Shown in pieces: positions 53,756 to 63,820 of a stretch of 64,000 bases of DNA. The position numbers and the translations under genes were made by a program. This stretch comes from a bacterium (lineage in GTDB: Bacteria > UBA8248). Under the pieces are notes generated by a model, which searched no databases, was not told the origin of the DNA, and was given only the letters and a program-made list of their open reading frames with translations. The stretch spans positions 3,072,001-3,136,000 of the forward strand of contig OY843592.1 in the NCBI GenBank assembly GCA_963692865.2, in the 5' to 3' direction. Positions within the stretch are counted from its first letter, which is position 1; every line of letters begins with the position of its first letter.

Positions 53756-55057
53756 TCAAACGACCTCGACCCAGGTCTTCATGCCCGACGCCTGGTGGGC
53801 CAGGGTGTGGCAGTGGATCAGCCATTTGCCGGGGTTGTCGAACACGCAGAGGACGTCCCGTCTCCGGCGCGGGTCGACCAGGGTGGTGTCGCGGTAATGG
53901 CCGGGCGCGCCGTCCTCGCCGAGTTCGTGGAAGTGATGGCCGTGGATGTGGATACCGTGCGGAAAGGCGGTGTCGTTGCGCATCGTGATCAGCGCCGTCT
54001 CGCCTCGCTCGAAGCGCCGCCAGGGCGCGTCCGGCAAGCCGGAATGGTCGTTGAAGGCCCAGAAATCCTTGCCCCCGTGCCGCCCGCCCATCGCGCCGCC
54101 CTGCATGGCGAGCGTAAGCCGCCGCGCGTTTTTGCGGTCCGGCGCAGGGATATTGACCGGCGGCAGGGGCGCGACCGGGGCGTCGATGGGCGCGGGGTTC
54201 GCGCCTTGCGCCGTGATTTTGCCGAGTTCATAAGGTCCGCGCCGGGTCAGGAAGGCGAAGGTGACCGTCGCTGCGACGTCGAGGATGACGTCGGTCCGCT
54301 GCGCGGGCGCCAGTTCCAGCTCACCGAGCGGCTCGGTCTCAGCCAACGGCATGCCGTCATGCGCCACGATCTTGCCTTCGCCGCCGCCGATCTTCACCTG
54401 GAAAATCCGCGCCGTCGCCGTGTTGATCAGCCGCAGGCGAACCCGGTCTCCGCGACGCACCGTCTCCCGGGAGGGGAGCGCCCGTCCGAAGTTGCCGAGC
54501 CGCCCGTCATGGGAGAAGTCGTGCCGGTTGCCAAAATTCGGTTGCAGCTCGCCGCTGCGCGTCAGTCGCCAGTCGTCGAGTACCACCGTGATGTCGTGGT
54601 CGACGCGCGGCGGGTCGCGTTCCTCGACGATCAGGGGGCCGTAGAGACCCATCGCCACCTGCTCCCAGGAACGCTCGTGCGAGTGGTACCAGTAGGTGCC
54701 CGCGTAGGGCATGTCGAAAGCGTAGTCGAACGTCGCGCCCGGCTTGACCGTCGCCTGGGTGAGTCCCGGAACCCCGTCCATCGGGTTGTCGATGTGGATA
54801 CCGTGCCAGTGGATGGCGGAGTCGTGCTCGATCCCGTTCTCGAAGGTGACGGCTACCCGGCCGCCCTGGCGGGCGCGGATCTCGGGACCCGGCGTCGAAC
54901 CGTTGAACCCGAGCATTCGCGTCACGCCCTGCCCATCCGGCAGGAGGCGGGCGGTGACGGGTTCTGCCTTGAGGCGCATAGCCGATGGCGCCGTCCATCC
55001 GGTCGCGGGGGCCAGCGCCGTCGCCGCCAACGCCAGAAGAAAATCCCTTCGATTCAT
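53756..55057 (-). CDS. Tat-exported multicopper oxidase
   Basis: MNRRDFL Tat signal; copper motifs HWHG, WYHSH, HGIHIHGH, HCHTLAHQASGM. Confidence 0.95.
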   Translation of the reverse strand: MNRRDFLLALAATALAPATGWTAPSAMRLKAEPVTARLLPDGQGVTRMLGFNGSTPGPEIRARQGGRVAVTFENGIEHDSAIHWHGIHIDNPMDGVPGLTQATVKPGATFDYAFDMPYAGTYWYHSHERSWEQVAMGLYGPLIVEERDPPRVDHDITVVLDDWRLTRSGELQPNFGNRHDFSHDGRLGNFGRALPSRETVRRGDRVRLRLINTATARIFQVKIGGGEGKIVAHDGMPLAETEPLGELELAPAQRTDVILDVAATVTFAFLTRRGPYELGKITAQGANPAPIDAPVAPLPPVNIPAPDRKNARRLTLAMQGGAMGGRHGGKDFWAFNDHSGLPDAPWRRFERGETALITMRNDTAFPHGIHIHGHHFHELGEDGAPGHYRDTTLVDPRRRRDVLCVFDNPGKWLIHCHTLAHQASGMKTWVEVV

Positions 55058-55200
55058 GATCGATCTCCCTGATACGAGCTTCCAGCGGCGCGATGATAAT
55101 ATCCCCCGCGCCTCGCGGCGGCAAGAGAATCCGCCCCGGTCGAGGAATGAATGTTCGTACCAACCATTGGGGTAGAAACTACCGTAATGCCGGCGAATTC

Positions 55201-55246
55201 GCTCTTGTTCGTCATTCCGGCGCATGCCGGAATGACGAACAAGAGC
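55201..55246. repeat. Perfect REP-type hairpin with 21-bp stem
   Basis: GCTCTTGTTCGTCATTCCGGC-GCAT-GCCGGAATGACGAACAAGAGC. Confidence 0.9.
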
Positions 55247-55308
55247 ACACCCATCATACGGAAAAATCCCGACCGTAGGGACAGGCTCCCATGCCAGAAT
55301 CAAATATT

Positions 55309-55478
55309 CACTCCCCCCTTGAGGGGAGTCGAAGAGCTAAGGGCGAATGCCCGCAAGCGATTCGGTGGGGGGAGAATTCCGGCTAATGAAAGGGGAATTC
55401 CTGCGATAAAAGCTCCCCCCACGCATCAGCCTTCGCACAAACCGCTCGGCTTCTGCTACTCCCCCTCAAGGGGGGAGT
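55309..55478. mobile_element. MITE-like element, inverted relative to the 57053 copy
   Basis: CACTCCCCCCTTGAGGGGAGT...ACTCCCCCTCAAGGGGGGAGT termini; internal sequence is the reverse complement of the 57053 copy. Confidence 0.75.
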
Positions 55479-55507
55479 AATTCTCTCGCTAATCCCCTTT
55501 GGAATTG

Positions 55508-56908
55508 CTACGCGGGACTCGCCTCCCGAACCTTCTCCGCCAGCAGGGCGGTGAGGGAGGCGATGTCTTCGACCGCATCGAGGCGATACCAGGCGTCCCA
55601 GGCGGCCTGGGCCTTTTCTTCGGTGAGGCCGGCGGCGCACTCCAGGAACTTTTCCTTGAGTTCGAGCTCGGTGAGCGGATTTTCGACGTGGCCGCGCGCG
55701 CGGGCGAAAAAGCGGGTGAGTTCGCGCCCGTCCTTGAGTTTCACCCAGACTTCGGCCGCCTCCGTCTCGGGGTCCTCGCGCGCCATCTTCTCATCCAGTT
55801 CGAACGCCACGCGCTTCTGGAGGGCGGCGATCTCGGGCCGCCCCACGCTGTCTTCCTCGAACTGGCGGATGCCGACCTTGCGGTCCACCAGGGCCGAGGC
55901 GATGCAGAACGGCATGGAGAATTTTCCTTCGAGACCCGTGGCGGCCTCCTTGTAGCGCAGGACCTTGAGCGTCATGGTGGATGCGCGCGCGCCGAGAGCC
56001 GCCACGTCGGCGACGTGGATGTCCTCACGCTTCACCAGATCGAGCATGGCGTCGATGCCGGGATGCGTCATAGCGCAGCAGGGGTGGATCTTCACGCAGA
56101 CGCCCTCCTCGATGTCCCAGGGCCGCCCCCAGGGGGCGACCGCGCGCTCCCAGTCCGCGAACTCATGCGCCCTGGGTCCGATACCCTCCGCCGCCATGGC
56201 CGCCGTGAAGCCCGTCTCCAGCGTATCCTCCGCCGCCGTGAAGCCGTCTTCTGCGAGTTTCGCCGCCACGAGGCCCGCCCGCGCGGACTGGCCCGCGTGG
56301 AATGGCTTGGTCATCGTGCCGAAGTTCGACACCAGCCCCGCCGAGCCACTCGCGCCCAGGCTCAGGGCGTTTCGCGTCTGTTCCTCATCCAGACCCAGCA
56401 GATAGGCGCAGGCGCCCGCCACGCCGACGGATCCCAGCGTGGCCGTGGCGTGAAAGCCCCGGCGGTAGTGCATGGGGTTCACCGCGCGGCCCAGGACGTG
56501 CAACAGCTCGAAGCCGAGCGTGTAGGCTTCGAGAACCTTCGCGCCGCCGATTCCGCGCTCCTCGGCCAGCGCGATGAGCGCGGGCACGAGGGTGACGCTC
56601 GGGTGGCCCAGCATCACGAAGTCCACGTCGTCGTAATCGAGCGCATGGCCCGCCGTGCCGTTCACGAAGGCGGCCCAGGAGGCGCTCGTGCGCTCCTCCG
56701 CCCCGATGAGCCGCGCGACGGGTGCGCCGCCCTCTGACGCCGCCAGCCGATGCGCCAGCCGCGCGCACTCATCCCCCCTGCCCGCCAGAATCACGCCCAG
56801 CGTATCGAGGGCGGCGTTTCGCGCCCCCGCGCGGGCGGCCTCGCCGACGTCCGAAGCGTGAACCGCCGCGATTCTTTTCGCCAGTTCTCTTGTGGCCGGG
56901 TAGGTCAT
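55508..56908 (-). CDS. MmgE/PrpD family protein
   Basis: AAFVNGTAGHALDYDD, GHPS, GFHAT, NFGTMTKPFHAG, KIHPCCA.TH, GKFSM. Confidence 0.93.
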   Translation of the reverse strand: MTYPATRELAKRIAAVHASDVGEAARAGARNAALDTLGVILAGRGDECARLAHRLAASEGGAPVARLIGAEERTSASWAAFVNGTAGHALDYDDVDFVMLGHPSVTLVPALIALAEERGIGGAKVLEAYTLGFELLHVLGRAVNPMHYRRGFHATATLGSVGVAGACAYLLGLDEEQTRNALSLGASGSAGLVSNFGTMTKPFHAGQSARAGLVAAKLAEDGFTAAEDTLETGFTAAMAAEGIGPRAHEFADWERAVAPWGRPWDIEEGVCVKIHPCCAMTHPGIDAMLDLVKREDIHVADVAALGARASTMTLKVLRYKEAATGLEGKFSMPFCIASALVDRKVGIRQFEEDSVGRPEIAALQKRVAFELDEKMAREDPETEAAEVWVKLKDGRELTRFFARARGHVENPLTELELKEKFLECAAGLTEEKAQAAWDAWYRLDAVEDIASLTALLAEKVREASPA

Positions 56909-56954
56909 GGAGGGAATCTCCTTGTGTGCGGGTGAAGTCCAAGAGAAAGGTTTT

Positions 56955-57500
56955 CGTAGGGGCGAACCTGCGTGTTCGCCCCTAGATGGTTTGTTGAAAA
57001 AGTCCTTGCGGGTCGGGCCAAAACTTTCTCCCCTTGCAAAGCGCCCAACAACCACTCCCCCCTTGAGGGGGAGTCACAGAGGCCGAGCGGTTTATGCGAA
57101 GGCCGATGTGGGGGGGGATATGCCACAGAATAAAATCTCCCGCCACCGAATCGCTTGCGGGCATTCGCCCTTAGATCTTCGACTCCCCCTCAAGGGGGGA
57201 GTGAACTTCAAAAGCGTGGACGCAACCCAAAATCGCTTCCCGGACTTTTTCAACAGCCCCTCAAGGGTTTGTTGAAACACCTCCGTCTCCGACCCCCGCA
57301 AACCGACGACACTTCTTTCCTCATCCTGAGTAGCGGCGAAGCCGCGTATCGAAGGTCAATCGCAACTAATGCGGGAGCGATTGCTCCTCACCCCGGCGCG
57401 AGCCTTCGACTCCCCTCGCCCTTCGATACGCCGCCTCCGGCGGCTACTCAGGGTGAGGGGGGTAGGGGGGGGTGCCTTTACCCTGCCGAGGGGATTTTTC
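56955..57500. repeat. Composite repeat array containing the MITE at 57053-57203
   Basis: GTAGGGGCGAAC..GTTCGCCCCTA hairpin, TTGTTGAAAAAGTCC..GGACTTTTTCAAC enclosing the MITE, then an inverted REP pair near 57318-57458. Confidence 0.85.
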
Positions 57501-57567
57501 ACGCCCCGGGTCCGTCGCGCCCGTAGACGCAGGTTCTCCCCTGCAACTGCGGTTCGACCGATTCGCA

Positions 57568-57600
57568 GGGCGGCCCCCGAAAGGGCCGCCCCCGATTTTT
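57568..57600. terminator. GC-rich hairpin immediately after the leuA stop, possible terminator
   Basis: GGGCGGCCC-CCGAAA-GGGCCGCCC; the T-tract is on the plus side only. Confidence 0.4.
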
Positions 57601-57602
57601 CG

Positions 57603-59237
57603 TCAGATGCCGCGCGGGCGCTCTGCGGGCTGCTTCGCCTTTCGCCCCTTGCCCCCGGGTTTGCGCATGTTCTCCGTGAGCTTGAACTTGTTCACCGCGT
57701 TCACGAAGGCCTTGGCGCCCGCCTCGACCGTATCGGGGCTCGTGGCGTGGCCCGCTATCTGCAGACCGCCCTCGAACTCCACCATCATGTTCACCTCGGC
57801 GAGCGCGTCGCGCCCCCGCGTTACGGCGTTCACCGAGAAATCCGCCAGACGGCATTCGACCCCCACGACCCGGCAGATGGCGTTGATGGCCGCGTCCACG
57901 GGGCCGTTGCCCTGGCTCACTTCGGAGAACTCCGCCTCGCCCTGCCGGATCCGCACCGTGGCCGTGGAGGCCGGCTGCGTGCCGGTGGAGGACGTGACCT
58001 GCAGGAACTCGAGGTTGTAGTAGTTCTCCCCGCCCTCGGCGCGGTTTTGCTGCAAGAGCGCTATCAAATCCTCGTCATAAACCTCTTTTTTCTTGTCCGC
58101 GAGGTCGATGAAGCGCGGGTAGATGGCCGTGATGTCCTCGCGCGACATCTTGAAGCCGAGCTGCTCGTAGCGCTTCCTGAGGCCCGCGCGGCCCGAGTGC
58201 TTGCCGAGCACGAGCGTGTTCGAGGGCCTCCCCACCGACTTGGGCGTCATGATCTCGTAGGTGATGGCCTTCGAGATCACCCCGTGCTGGTGGATGCCCG
58301 CCTCGTGGGCGAAGGCGTTCTTGCCCACAACCGCCTTGTTCGGCTGCACGGGCACGCCCGTCATGGAGGTCAGGAGCCTGCTCGTGGGGTAGATCTCGCG
58401 CGTCTTGATCCCCGATTTGTAGTCGAGCTCGTCCCTGCGCGTGGCGATGGCCATTACGAACTCCTCCAGCGAGGCGTTGCCCGCCCGCTCGCCGATGCCG
58501 TTGATGGTGCACTCCACCTGCCGCACGCCGGATTCGATCGCCACGATGCTGTTCGCCACCGCGAGGCCCAGGTCGTCGTGGCAGTGCGCGCTGAAGACCA
58601 CGTCGTCATAACTCGGCACTTTCTCGAAGATGTGCTCCCAGAAGCGCTTGAATTCGCTGGGGATGATGTAGCCCACCGTGTCGGGGAGGTTGATGGTCGT
58701 CGCACCCTCCTCAATGGCGATCTTGACCGTCTCGGCCAGGAAGTCCCAGTCCGAGCGCGTAGCGTCCTCAGCGCTCCACTCCACGTCCTTGCAGAGTTTT
58801 CGCGCGTGGCGCACCGAGGCGGCGATCTCCTTGAGGAGTTCCGCGCGCGTCATCTTGAGTTTGTGCTTGAGGTGGATGTCCGACGTGGCGATGAAGGTGT
58901 GGATTCTGGGTTTTTTCGCGTGGCGCACCGCCTCCCAGCAGCGGTCGATGTCCTCGCGCGCGGAGCGCGAAAGACCGGCGACGATAGTCTTGCTCACCGC
59001 CTTGGCCACGTCGCGCACCGATTCGAACTCGTCGTTCGACGCGATGGGAAAACCGGCTTCGATGATGTCCACGCCCAGTTTTTCGAGTTGAAGCGCCATC
59101 TGCACCTTCTGGAAATGATCCATGCTGCAGCCGGGCGACTGCTCCCCGTCCCTAAGCGTGGTGTCGAAAATACGGATTCGGTTCGAGGCTCTGCCTCTGG
59201 ATGGTTTCTTTCGTACTGCCGTGGCTTGTCTCGCCAT
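57603..59237 (-). CDS. leuA: 2-isopropylmalate synthase
   Basis: IFDTTLRDGEQSPG, IEAGFP, PDTVG, HCHDDLGLA, GERAGN, HEAGIHQHG, GNGPVDA regulatory domain. Confidence 0.96.
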   Translation of the reverse strand: MARQATAVRKKPSRGRASNRIRIFDTTLRDGEQSPGCSMDHFQKVQMALQLEKLGVDIIEAGFPIASNDEFESVRDVAKAVSKTIVAGLSRSAREDIDRCWEAVRHAKKPRIHTFIATSDIHLKHKLKMTRAELLKEIAASVRHARKLCKDVEWSAEDATRSDWDFLAETVKIAIEEGATTINLPDTVGYIIPSEFKRFWEHIFEKVPSYDDVVFSAHCHDDLGLAVANSIVAIESGVRQVECTINGIGERAGNASLEEFVMAIATRRDELDYKSGIKTREIYPTSRLLTSMTGVPVQPNKAVVGKNAFAHEAGIHQHGVISKAITYEIMTPKSVGRPSNTLVLGKHSGRAGLRKRYEQLGFKMSREDITAIYPRFIDLADKKKEVYDEDLIALLQQNRAEGGENYYNLEFLQVTSSTGTQPASTATVRIRQGEAEFSEVSQGNGPVDAAINAICRVVGVECRLADFSVNAVTRGRDALAEVNMMVEFEGGLQIAGHATSPDTVEAGAKAFVNAVNKFKLTENMRKPGGKGRKAKQPAERPRGI

Positions 59238-59711
59238 GGGTTCAAGGCTCCTCAGGAATTTTCATGTTTTCGTGAATGTGCGCCTTGAGCGGAACGCCGG
59301 GCATTGGTTGAGTGAGCGGGCGCTTGCGCGCAAGGCGGGTGAACGCGCTGGTTTCCTAGGAAGCCAGTGGATGGCGGGGCGTCTTGAACACGCCCCAGGA
59401 CCTCCTGCGATCCTGATGCCTCATCGAATCAATACTCCATATCGCTCAATCGAACGCGAGGGTGCGCGGCTCAACGGGCGGAGACCACGCGATTCCTCGC
59501 AAAAGCAACACCGATCTTATGGGTCAAGCGCGCGCCGAGGTCAAGTCCCTTTTTTCGTTTTTTTCGATTTCGGTAATCATCGCGCTGATACCTACGGCTG
59601 AATCACACATGAAACGCGGCTGTCGAACAAGTCCGGATTTCTTGATTCGGTACATGGCCCCGACTGGGAAGGGATGAAACTTTACTCCTCCATAGCAGAG
59701 CGCCAACCAAC

Positions 59712-59935
59712 CACTCCCCCCTTGAGGGTCGGTCTCCCTCGGGGAAGACCGACGGTGAAGCCGAGCGAATTGCGCGAAGGCTGAACCGGTGGGGGGAGCT
59801 TTTTCTGTGGCATGTCCCCCCACCGAATCGCTTGCGGGCTTTCGCCCTTAGCTCTTCGACTCCCCCTCAAGGGGGGAGTGAACTTCAAAAGCGTGCGCGC
59901 AACCAAAATCGCTTCCCGAGGACTTTTTCAACCCC
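59712..59935. mobile_element. MITE-like element plus flank, direct copy of 57053-57258
   Basis: Shared CACCGAATCGCTTGCGGGC..TCGACTCCCCCTCAAGGGGGGAGTGAACTTCAAAAGCGTG..GGACTTTTTCAAC. Confidence 0.8.
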
Positions 59936-59940
59936 CGCCC

Positions 59941-60702
59941 CTACTGCGCGTATTGCCCGCCGTCGATCACAAGCGTCGAGCCCGTCATGAAGCTCGATGC
60001 GTCGCTCGCCAGAAAGAGAATCGCGCCCTTGAGTTCCTCGGGCCGGCCGATACGCCCCATCGGGATGTGGGCCTTGATCATCCGCTCACCGGCTTCTGAC
60101 GCGAAGAACCTGCTGTTGATGTCGGTGAGGAAATACCCCGGCGCCAGGGCGTTCACGCGCACGCCCGTCTTCGCCCATTCGAGGGCGAGCGTCTTGGTGA
60201 GCTGGATCAGGCCGCCCTTGCTCGCCGAATAGGCGGAGAGCATCTTGACGCCGATGAAGCCCGCGACGGAGGCCACGTTCACGATCGCCCCGCCGCCGCG
60301 CTCGATCATCCCCGGCGCGGCGGCCTGGCACATCAGGAACGCGCCCCGCAGGTTCGTCTCCAGCACCTGGTTCCAGCGCTCAATCGGCAGATCCGCCGCC
60401 CAGCCCTCGCCGCTCACGCCGCTGTTGTTCACCAGAACGTCGACCCCCCCCAGCGCGCCTTCGGCCTCGCGCGCCGCCTCGCGGATGGATTCCGGCTCCG
60501 TCAGATCGCAGGCGACGGCGTGGGCCGCCCGCCCCAGGGCGCGAATCTCCTCCGCGGCTTCTTCCAACTTCTCTTTTCGCCTCGCCGCCAGGGCGACGTC
60601 CGCTCCCGCTTCGGCCAGCGCGTTGGCCATCGCGCGCCCGAGTCCCGTGCCGCCTCCCGTGACCAAAACTCTCTTTCCGCTTAAATCAAATAGTTGGGAC
60701 AA
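59941..60702 (-). CDS. SDR family oxidoreductase (KduD/gluconate 5-dehydrogenase-like)
   Basis: LFDLSGK, TGGGTGLG, YSASKGG, LAPGYF.T, IDGG. Confidence 0.92.
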   Translation of the reverse strand: MSQLFDLSGKRVLVTGGGTGLGRAMANALAEAGADVALAARRKEKLEEAAEEIRALGRAAHAVACDLTEPESIREAAREAEGALGGVDVLVNNSGVSGEGWAADLPIERWNQVLETNLRGAFLMCQAAAPGMIERGGGAIVNVASVAGFIGVKMLSAYSASKGGLIQLTKTLALEWAKTGVRVNALAPGYFLTDINSRFFASEAGERMIKAHIPMGRIGRPEELKGAILFLASDASSFMTGSTLVIDGGQYAQ

Positions 60703-60737
60703 CTTTCCTTCCCCTGAATATAAGGTTTCCCCGATTT

Positions 60738-60929
60738 TTGCCCACAGAATCCGTGAATAAGCTGTGGATAAGTCTGTTTAGAGGGCCTCTAAACCCCCTA
60801 TTTTCCGACACTTAATACGTTCTGACACTTTTTTGAGCAAACGTTTTAACATCAATGTTTTCAATAATATACACAAAATTTTCGCCTCTTCGGGCCTTGC
60901 GCTTTCGTTTTAAGCATTGTTTTTGCACA
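60738..60929. promoter_or_regulatory. DnaA-box cluster in an AT-rich intergenic region
   Basis: Perfect TGTGGATAA at 60763-60771, plus degenerate TTGCCCACA 60738, CGTGAATAA 60752, ATATACACA 60867 and TTTTGCACA 60921. Confidence 0.5.
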
Positions 60930-60980
60930 AGTTTCATGGACGAAATCCCGTTTTCGCGTCCGACAGCGCCTTTAGAATTA

Positions 60981-61577
60981 TCACTTTGACACGTCTTCAT
61001 CGCCCGATATCCCCGCCGCTCCCGCCTCGTAGAAGAGCAGACACGTATCGCCGTAGCGCCTCTCGCGAACGAGTTTCGACTCGCCTGCCGCACCTTCATG
61101 TCGCGCGACGCCCCTAGGCGCCTCGACCACCAGCTTCGCGCAAATCGGCTCGGGCGCAAAGACGGCATCGAGAACTTCTCGCCGAAGGGCGTCCTCCCTC
61201 CAGGGCGGATCGGCGAAGGCCAACTCGAACCGGCGCGAGCCTTGCGCCCGGATGCGCCCAATCTCGGCGATCACGTCCGCGCAGCGCACCTCGAAGCCAT
61301 CGGCCAGATCGAGGGCGTCCGCGTTTCGCCGCATCGCCGCGCAAAGGCGCGGGTTTTTCTCCACCGCCACCACGCCCGTCGCCCCCCGGCTGATCGCCTC
61401 AAGCGAAATCGCGCCCGAACCCGCGCACAGATCGAGCACGCGCGCGCCGACCACCGCGCCCCCCCAGATGTTGAACAGCGCCTCGCGCACGCGCTCGCCC
61501 GTGGGCCGCACGCCCGCTTCTTCCGGCGAGGGAATCCGCCGGCTCCCCGCCGCGCCGCCGATGATCCTGAGCGACAC
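60981..61577 (-). CDS. rsmD: 16S rRNA m2G966 methyltransferase RsmD
   Basis: LRIIGG, VRPT.ERVREALFN, LDLCAGSGA.SLEA.SRG, ADPPW, RRYGDT. Confidence 0.93.
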   Translation of the reverse strand: MSLRIIGGAAGSRRIPSPEEAGVRPTGERVREALFNIWGGAVVGARVLDLCAGSGAISLEAISRGATGVVAVEKNPRLCAAMRRNADALDLADGFEVRCADVIAEIGRIRAQGSRRFELAFADPPWREDALRREVLDAVFAPEPICAKLVVEAPRGVARHEGAAGESKLVRERRYGDTCLLFYEAGAAGISGDEDVSK

Positions 61578-61586
61578 CGCCCGGCC

Positions 61587-62495
61587 TCAGAGGCGCTCGA
61601 AATGGGCCAGTTCGCCGAAGGCCCGGTAGCGCGCGTCGATCTCCTCCGCAGTGAGCGCGCGCATGCGATCGTAGCTGAACGACTCCACGTTGAACGACGC
61701 CATGACGCTGCCGAATACGACCGCCCTGCGCATCCCCGCCTCGCTCAGGTCGCCCGTGGCGGCGATATGACCCATGAAGCCGCCGGCGAAGCTGTCGCCC
61801 GCCCCCGTGGGGTCGCACACGTCCTCAATCGGAAGCCCGGGGGCGGAGAACACGCCGTCCTCGTGAAAGAGCAGCGCGCCGTACTCGCCCTGTTTCACCA
61901 CCAGGGTCTTCGGGCCGACCTCCCGGATTCTGCGCGCGGCGCGCGCGATGTTCGCCTCCCTCGAGAGGGCGCGCGCCTCCGCGTCGTTGATGACCACCAG
62001 ATCGACCATCGAGAGGGTTTTGAGCAACTCCTCGCGCTTTCCCTCGATCCAGAAGTTCATGGTGTCGCACGCCACGAGCCGGGGCGAATTCGCCTGGCCC
62101 AGGACGGCGGCCTGGAGTTCGGGGTCGATGTTCGCCAGAAAGACGAACCCGGTGTCGCGGAAATTATCCGGCAGCTTGGGCGAGAAGCTCTCGAATACGT
62201 TCAACTGCGTGTCGAGCGTATGGGCGGTGTTCAGGTCGAACCCGTATTCTCCCTTCCAGCGGAAGGTCTCACCCTCGCTTCGCTCGATGCCCGAGGTGTC
62301 GATTTTCCGCTCCTCCAGGAATTCGAGCGTGTCGGCGGGAAAATCCGCCCCCACGACGGCCACGAGCCGCACGTCCGTGAAATAGCTCGCCGCCACCGAG
62401 AAATAGGTGGCCGAGCCCCCCACCGCCTCCTCGCGCTCGCCGAAGGGCGTCTTCACCGAATCAATCGCCATGGAACCGACCACCAGAAGACCCAT
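61587..62495 (-). CDS. PfkB family carbohydrate kinase
   Basis: LLVVGS.AID, GGSATY, DTMNFWI, KQGEYGA, DPTGAGDSFAGG. Confidence 0.93.
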   Translation of the reverse strand: MGLLVVGSMAIDSVKTPFGEREEAVGGSATYFSVAASYFTDVRLVAVVGADFPADTLEFLEERKIDTSGIERSEGETFRWKGEYGFDLNTAHTLDTQLNVFESFSPKLPDNFRDTGFVFLANIDPELQAAVLGQANSPRLVACDTMNFWIEGKREELLKTLSMVDLVVINDAEARALSREANIARAARRIREVGPKTLVVKQGEYGALLFHEDGVFSAPGLPIEDVCDPTGAGDSFAGGFMGHIAATGDLSEAGMRRAVVFGSVMASFNVESFSYDRMRALTAEEIDARYRAFGELAHFERL

Positions 62496-62722
62496 CTTTC
62501 CCTCACAAAAAATGTTCATACGGGCCGACTCAGACCGACGCGCTGAAGCGGCCTCGCCCTTTTGCATTTTCCTCTCACTTTCAGGACGCCAACTCTAGCC
62601 TCAAAGGGCGCGCGTTTCAAAGGGGATATCCATTTTCAGGCGAAATATGCTTTAATGCGCCAAAACCCAGACGGCAAGCGAGCGCATTCTTTTTTGCCGC
62701 TTCACGGGTGAAGGAGAGCCGC

Positions 62723-63820
62723 ATGGACGCGAATCACCCCCTCGCCACGCGCGAGGAGCTGGCCAATCTCGATTTCTTCGACGACCTCGCCGACCGCTAC
62801 CTCGCCGTGGACGGTCTGGAGGCGCGCTGGGTGCCTTTCACCAAAAAAGAGATTCTCCCCGACAGAAAAACCGCCGGGCGCATGCACTACCTCGTCTCCC
62901 TCGCGCGCGCGGTCGAAGAGACGCTCGATTCCGCCTTTCGCGCGGGCCACATCCCCGGCACCGCCTTTTTCGGGCGGGGAAACGAGGGGGCGAGCGTCGC
63001 GAGCGCGATGTGTCTCGAAGACCACGAATGGCTCGTGCCCATGCACAGAAACTGCGGCGCGCACCTCGCCAAGGGCCATCCGCCCAGGAGCATCATGTCG
63101 CATTTCTTCGGACGCGCCGACGGCCCCTCGGGCGGTCGCGACGGGAATTTTCACGTGGGCTACCGCCCCAAGCGCATCACCCAGCTCATCAGCCACATCG
63201 GCACCATGGTGCCCATCGCGACGGGCGTGGCGTGGGCGGCCAAGGCGCGCGGCAAGGGCGAGGCCACCATCAACTACATCGGCGACGGCGGCACGAGCTC
63301 GGGCGACTTCCACGAGGCGGTGAACTTCGCCGCCGTGCGCAAGCTCCCCCTCGTCGTCATCATCGACAACAACCAGTACGCCTACAAGACGCTCCTGAGC
63401 GACCAGTACGCCTGCGACGCCCTGGTGCTCAAGGCGCCCGGCTACGGGATCCCCGGCTTTCTCATCGACGGCACGAACGCGCCCCTGATGCGCCACGTCT
63501 GCAGCCAGGCGCTCGCGCGCGCGAGGGCGGGCGGCGGACCCACGCTCATCGAGAGCGTCACCCTGCGCGCGGCGGGCCATTCGGTCTACGACAAGTTCGC
63601 CGACTACGCCGACATGGCGCACTTCGAGCAGTGGACGGACGAGCGCGACCCCCTCAAGCGGCTCGACGAGATTTTCGTCGAGTTCGGCGTCATGACGGCG
63701 AAAGAGGTCGCCGCCTCGCATGATAAAGCGAGAAAAGACGCCGAAGACGCGAGAGATGAGGCGCTCAAAAGCCCGATGCCCGACCCCGCGCGCCTGACCG
63801 AAGGGGTATTCGCCGAATGA
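62723..63820 (+). CDS. TPP-dependent 2-oxoacid dehydrogenase E1 alpha subunit
   Basis: GDGGTS.GDFHE..N...DNNQYA TPP motif and GHS. ATG 62723 follows AGGAG; the ORF track starts at GTG 62708. Confidence 0.92.
   Translation: MDANHPLATREELANLDFFDDLADRYLAVDGLEARWVPFTKKEILPDRKTAGRMHYLVSLARAVEETLDSAFRAGHIPGTAFFGRGNEGASVASAMCLEDHEWLVPMHRNCGAHLAKGHPPRSIMSHFFGRADGPSGGRDGNFHVGYRPKRITQLISHIGTMVPIATGVAWAAKARGKGEATINYIGDGGTSSGDFHEAVNFAAVRKLPLVVIIDNNQYAYKTLLSDQYACDALVLKAPGYGIPGFLIDGTNAPLMRHVCSQALARARAGGGPTLIESVTLRAAGHSVYDKFADYADMAHFEQWTDERDPLKRLDEIFVEFGVMTAKEVAASHDKARKDAEDARDEALKSPMPDPARLTEGVFAE

Noticed and set aside
59240-59520. Leucine attenuator or leader peptide upstream of leuA
   Set aside because: The only short ORF with an RBS (MRHQDRRRSWGVFKTPRHPLAS) has no Leu run, and no clear terminator/antiterminator pair was seen.
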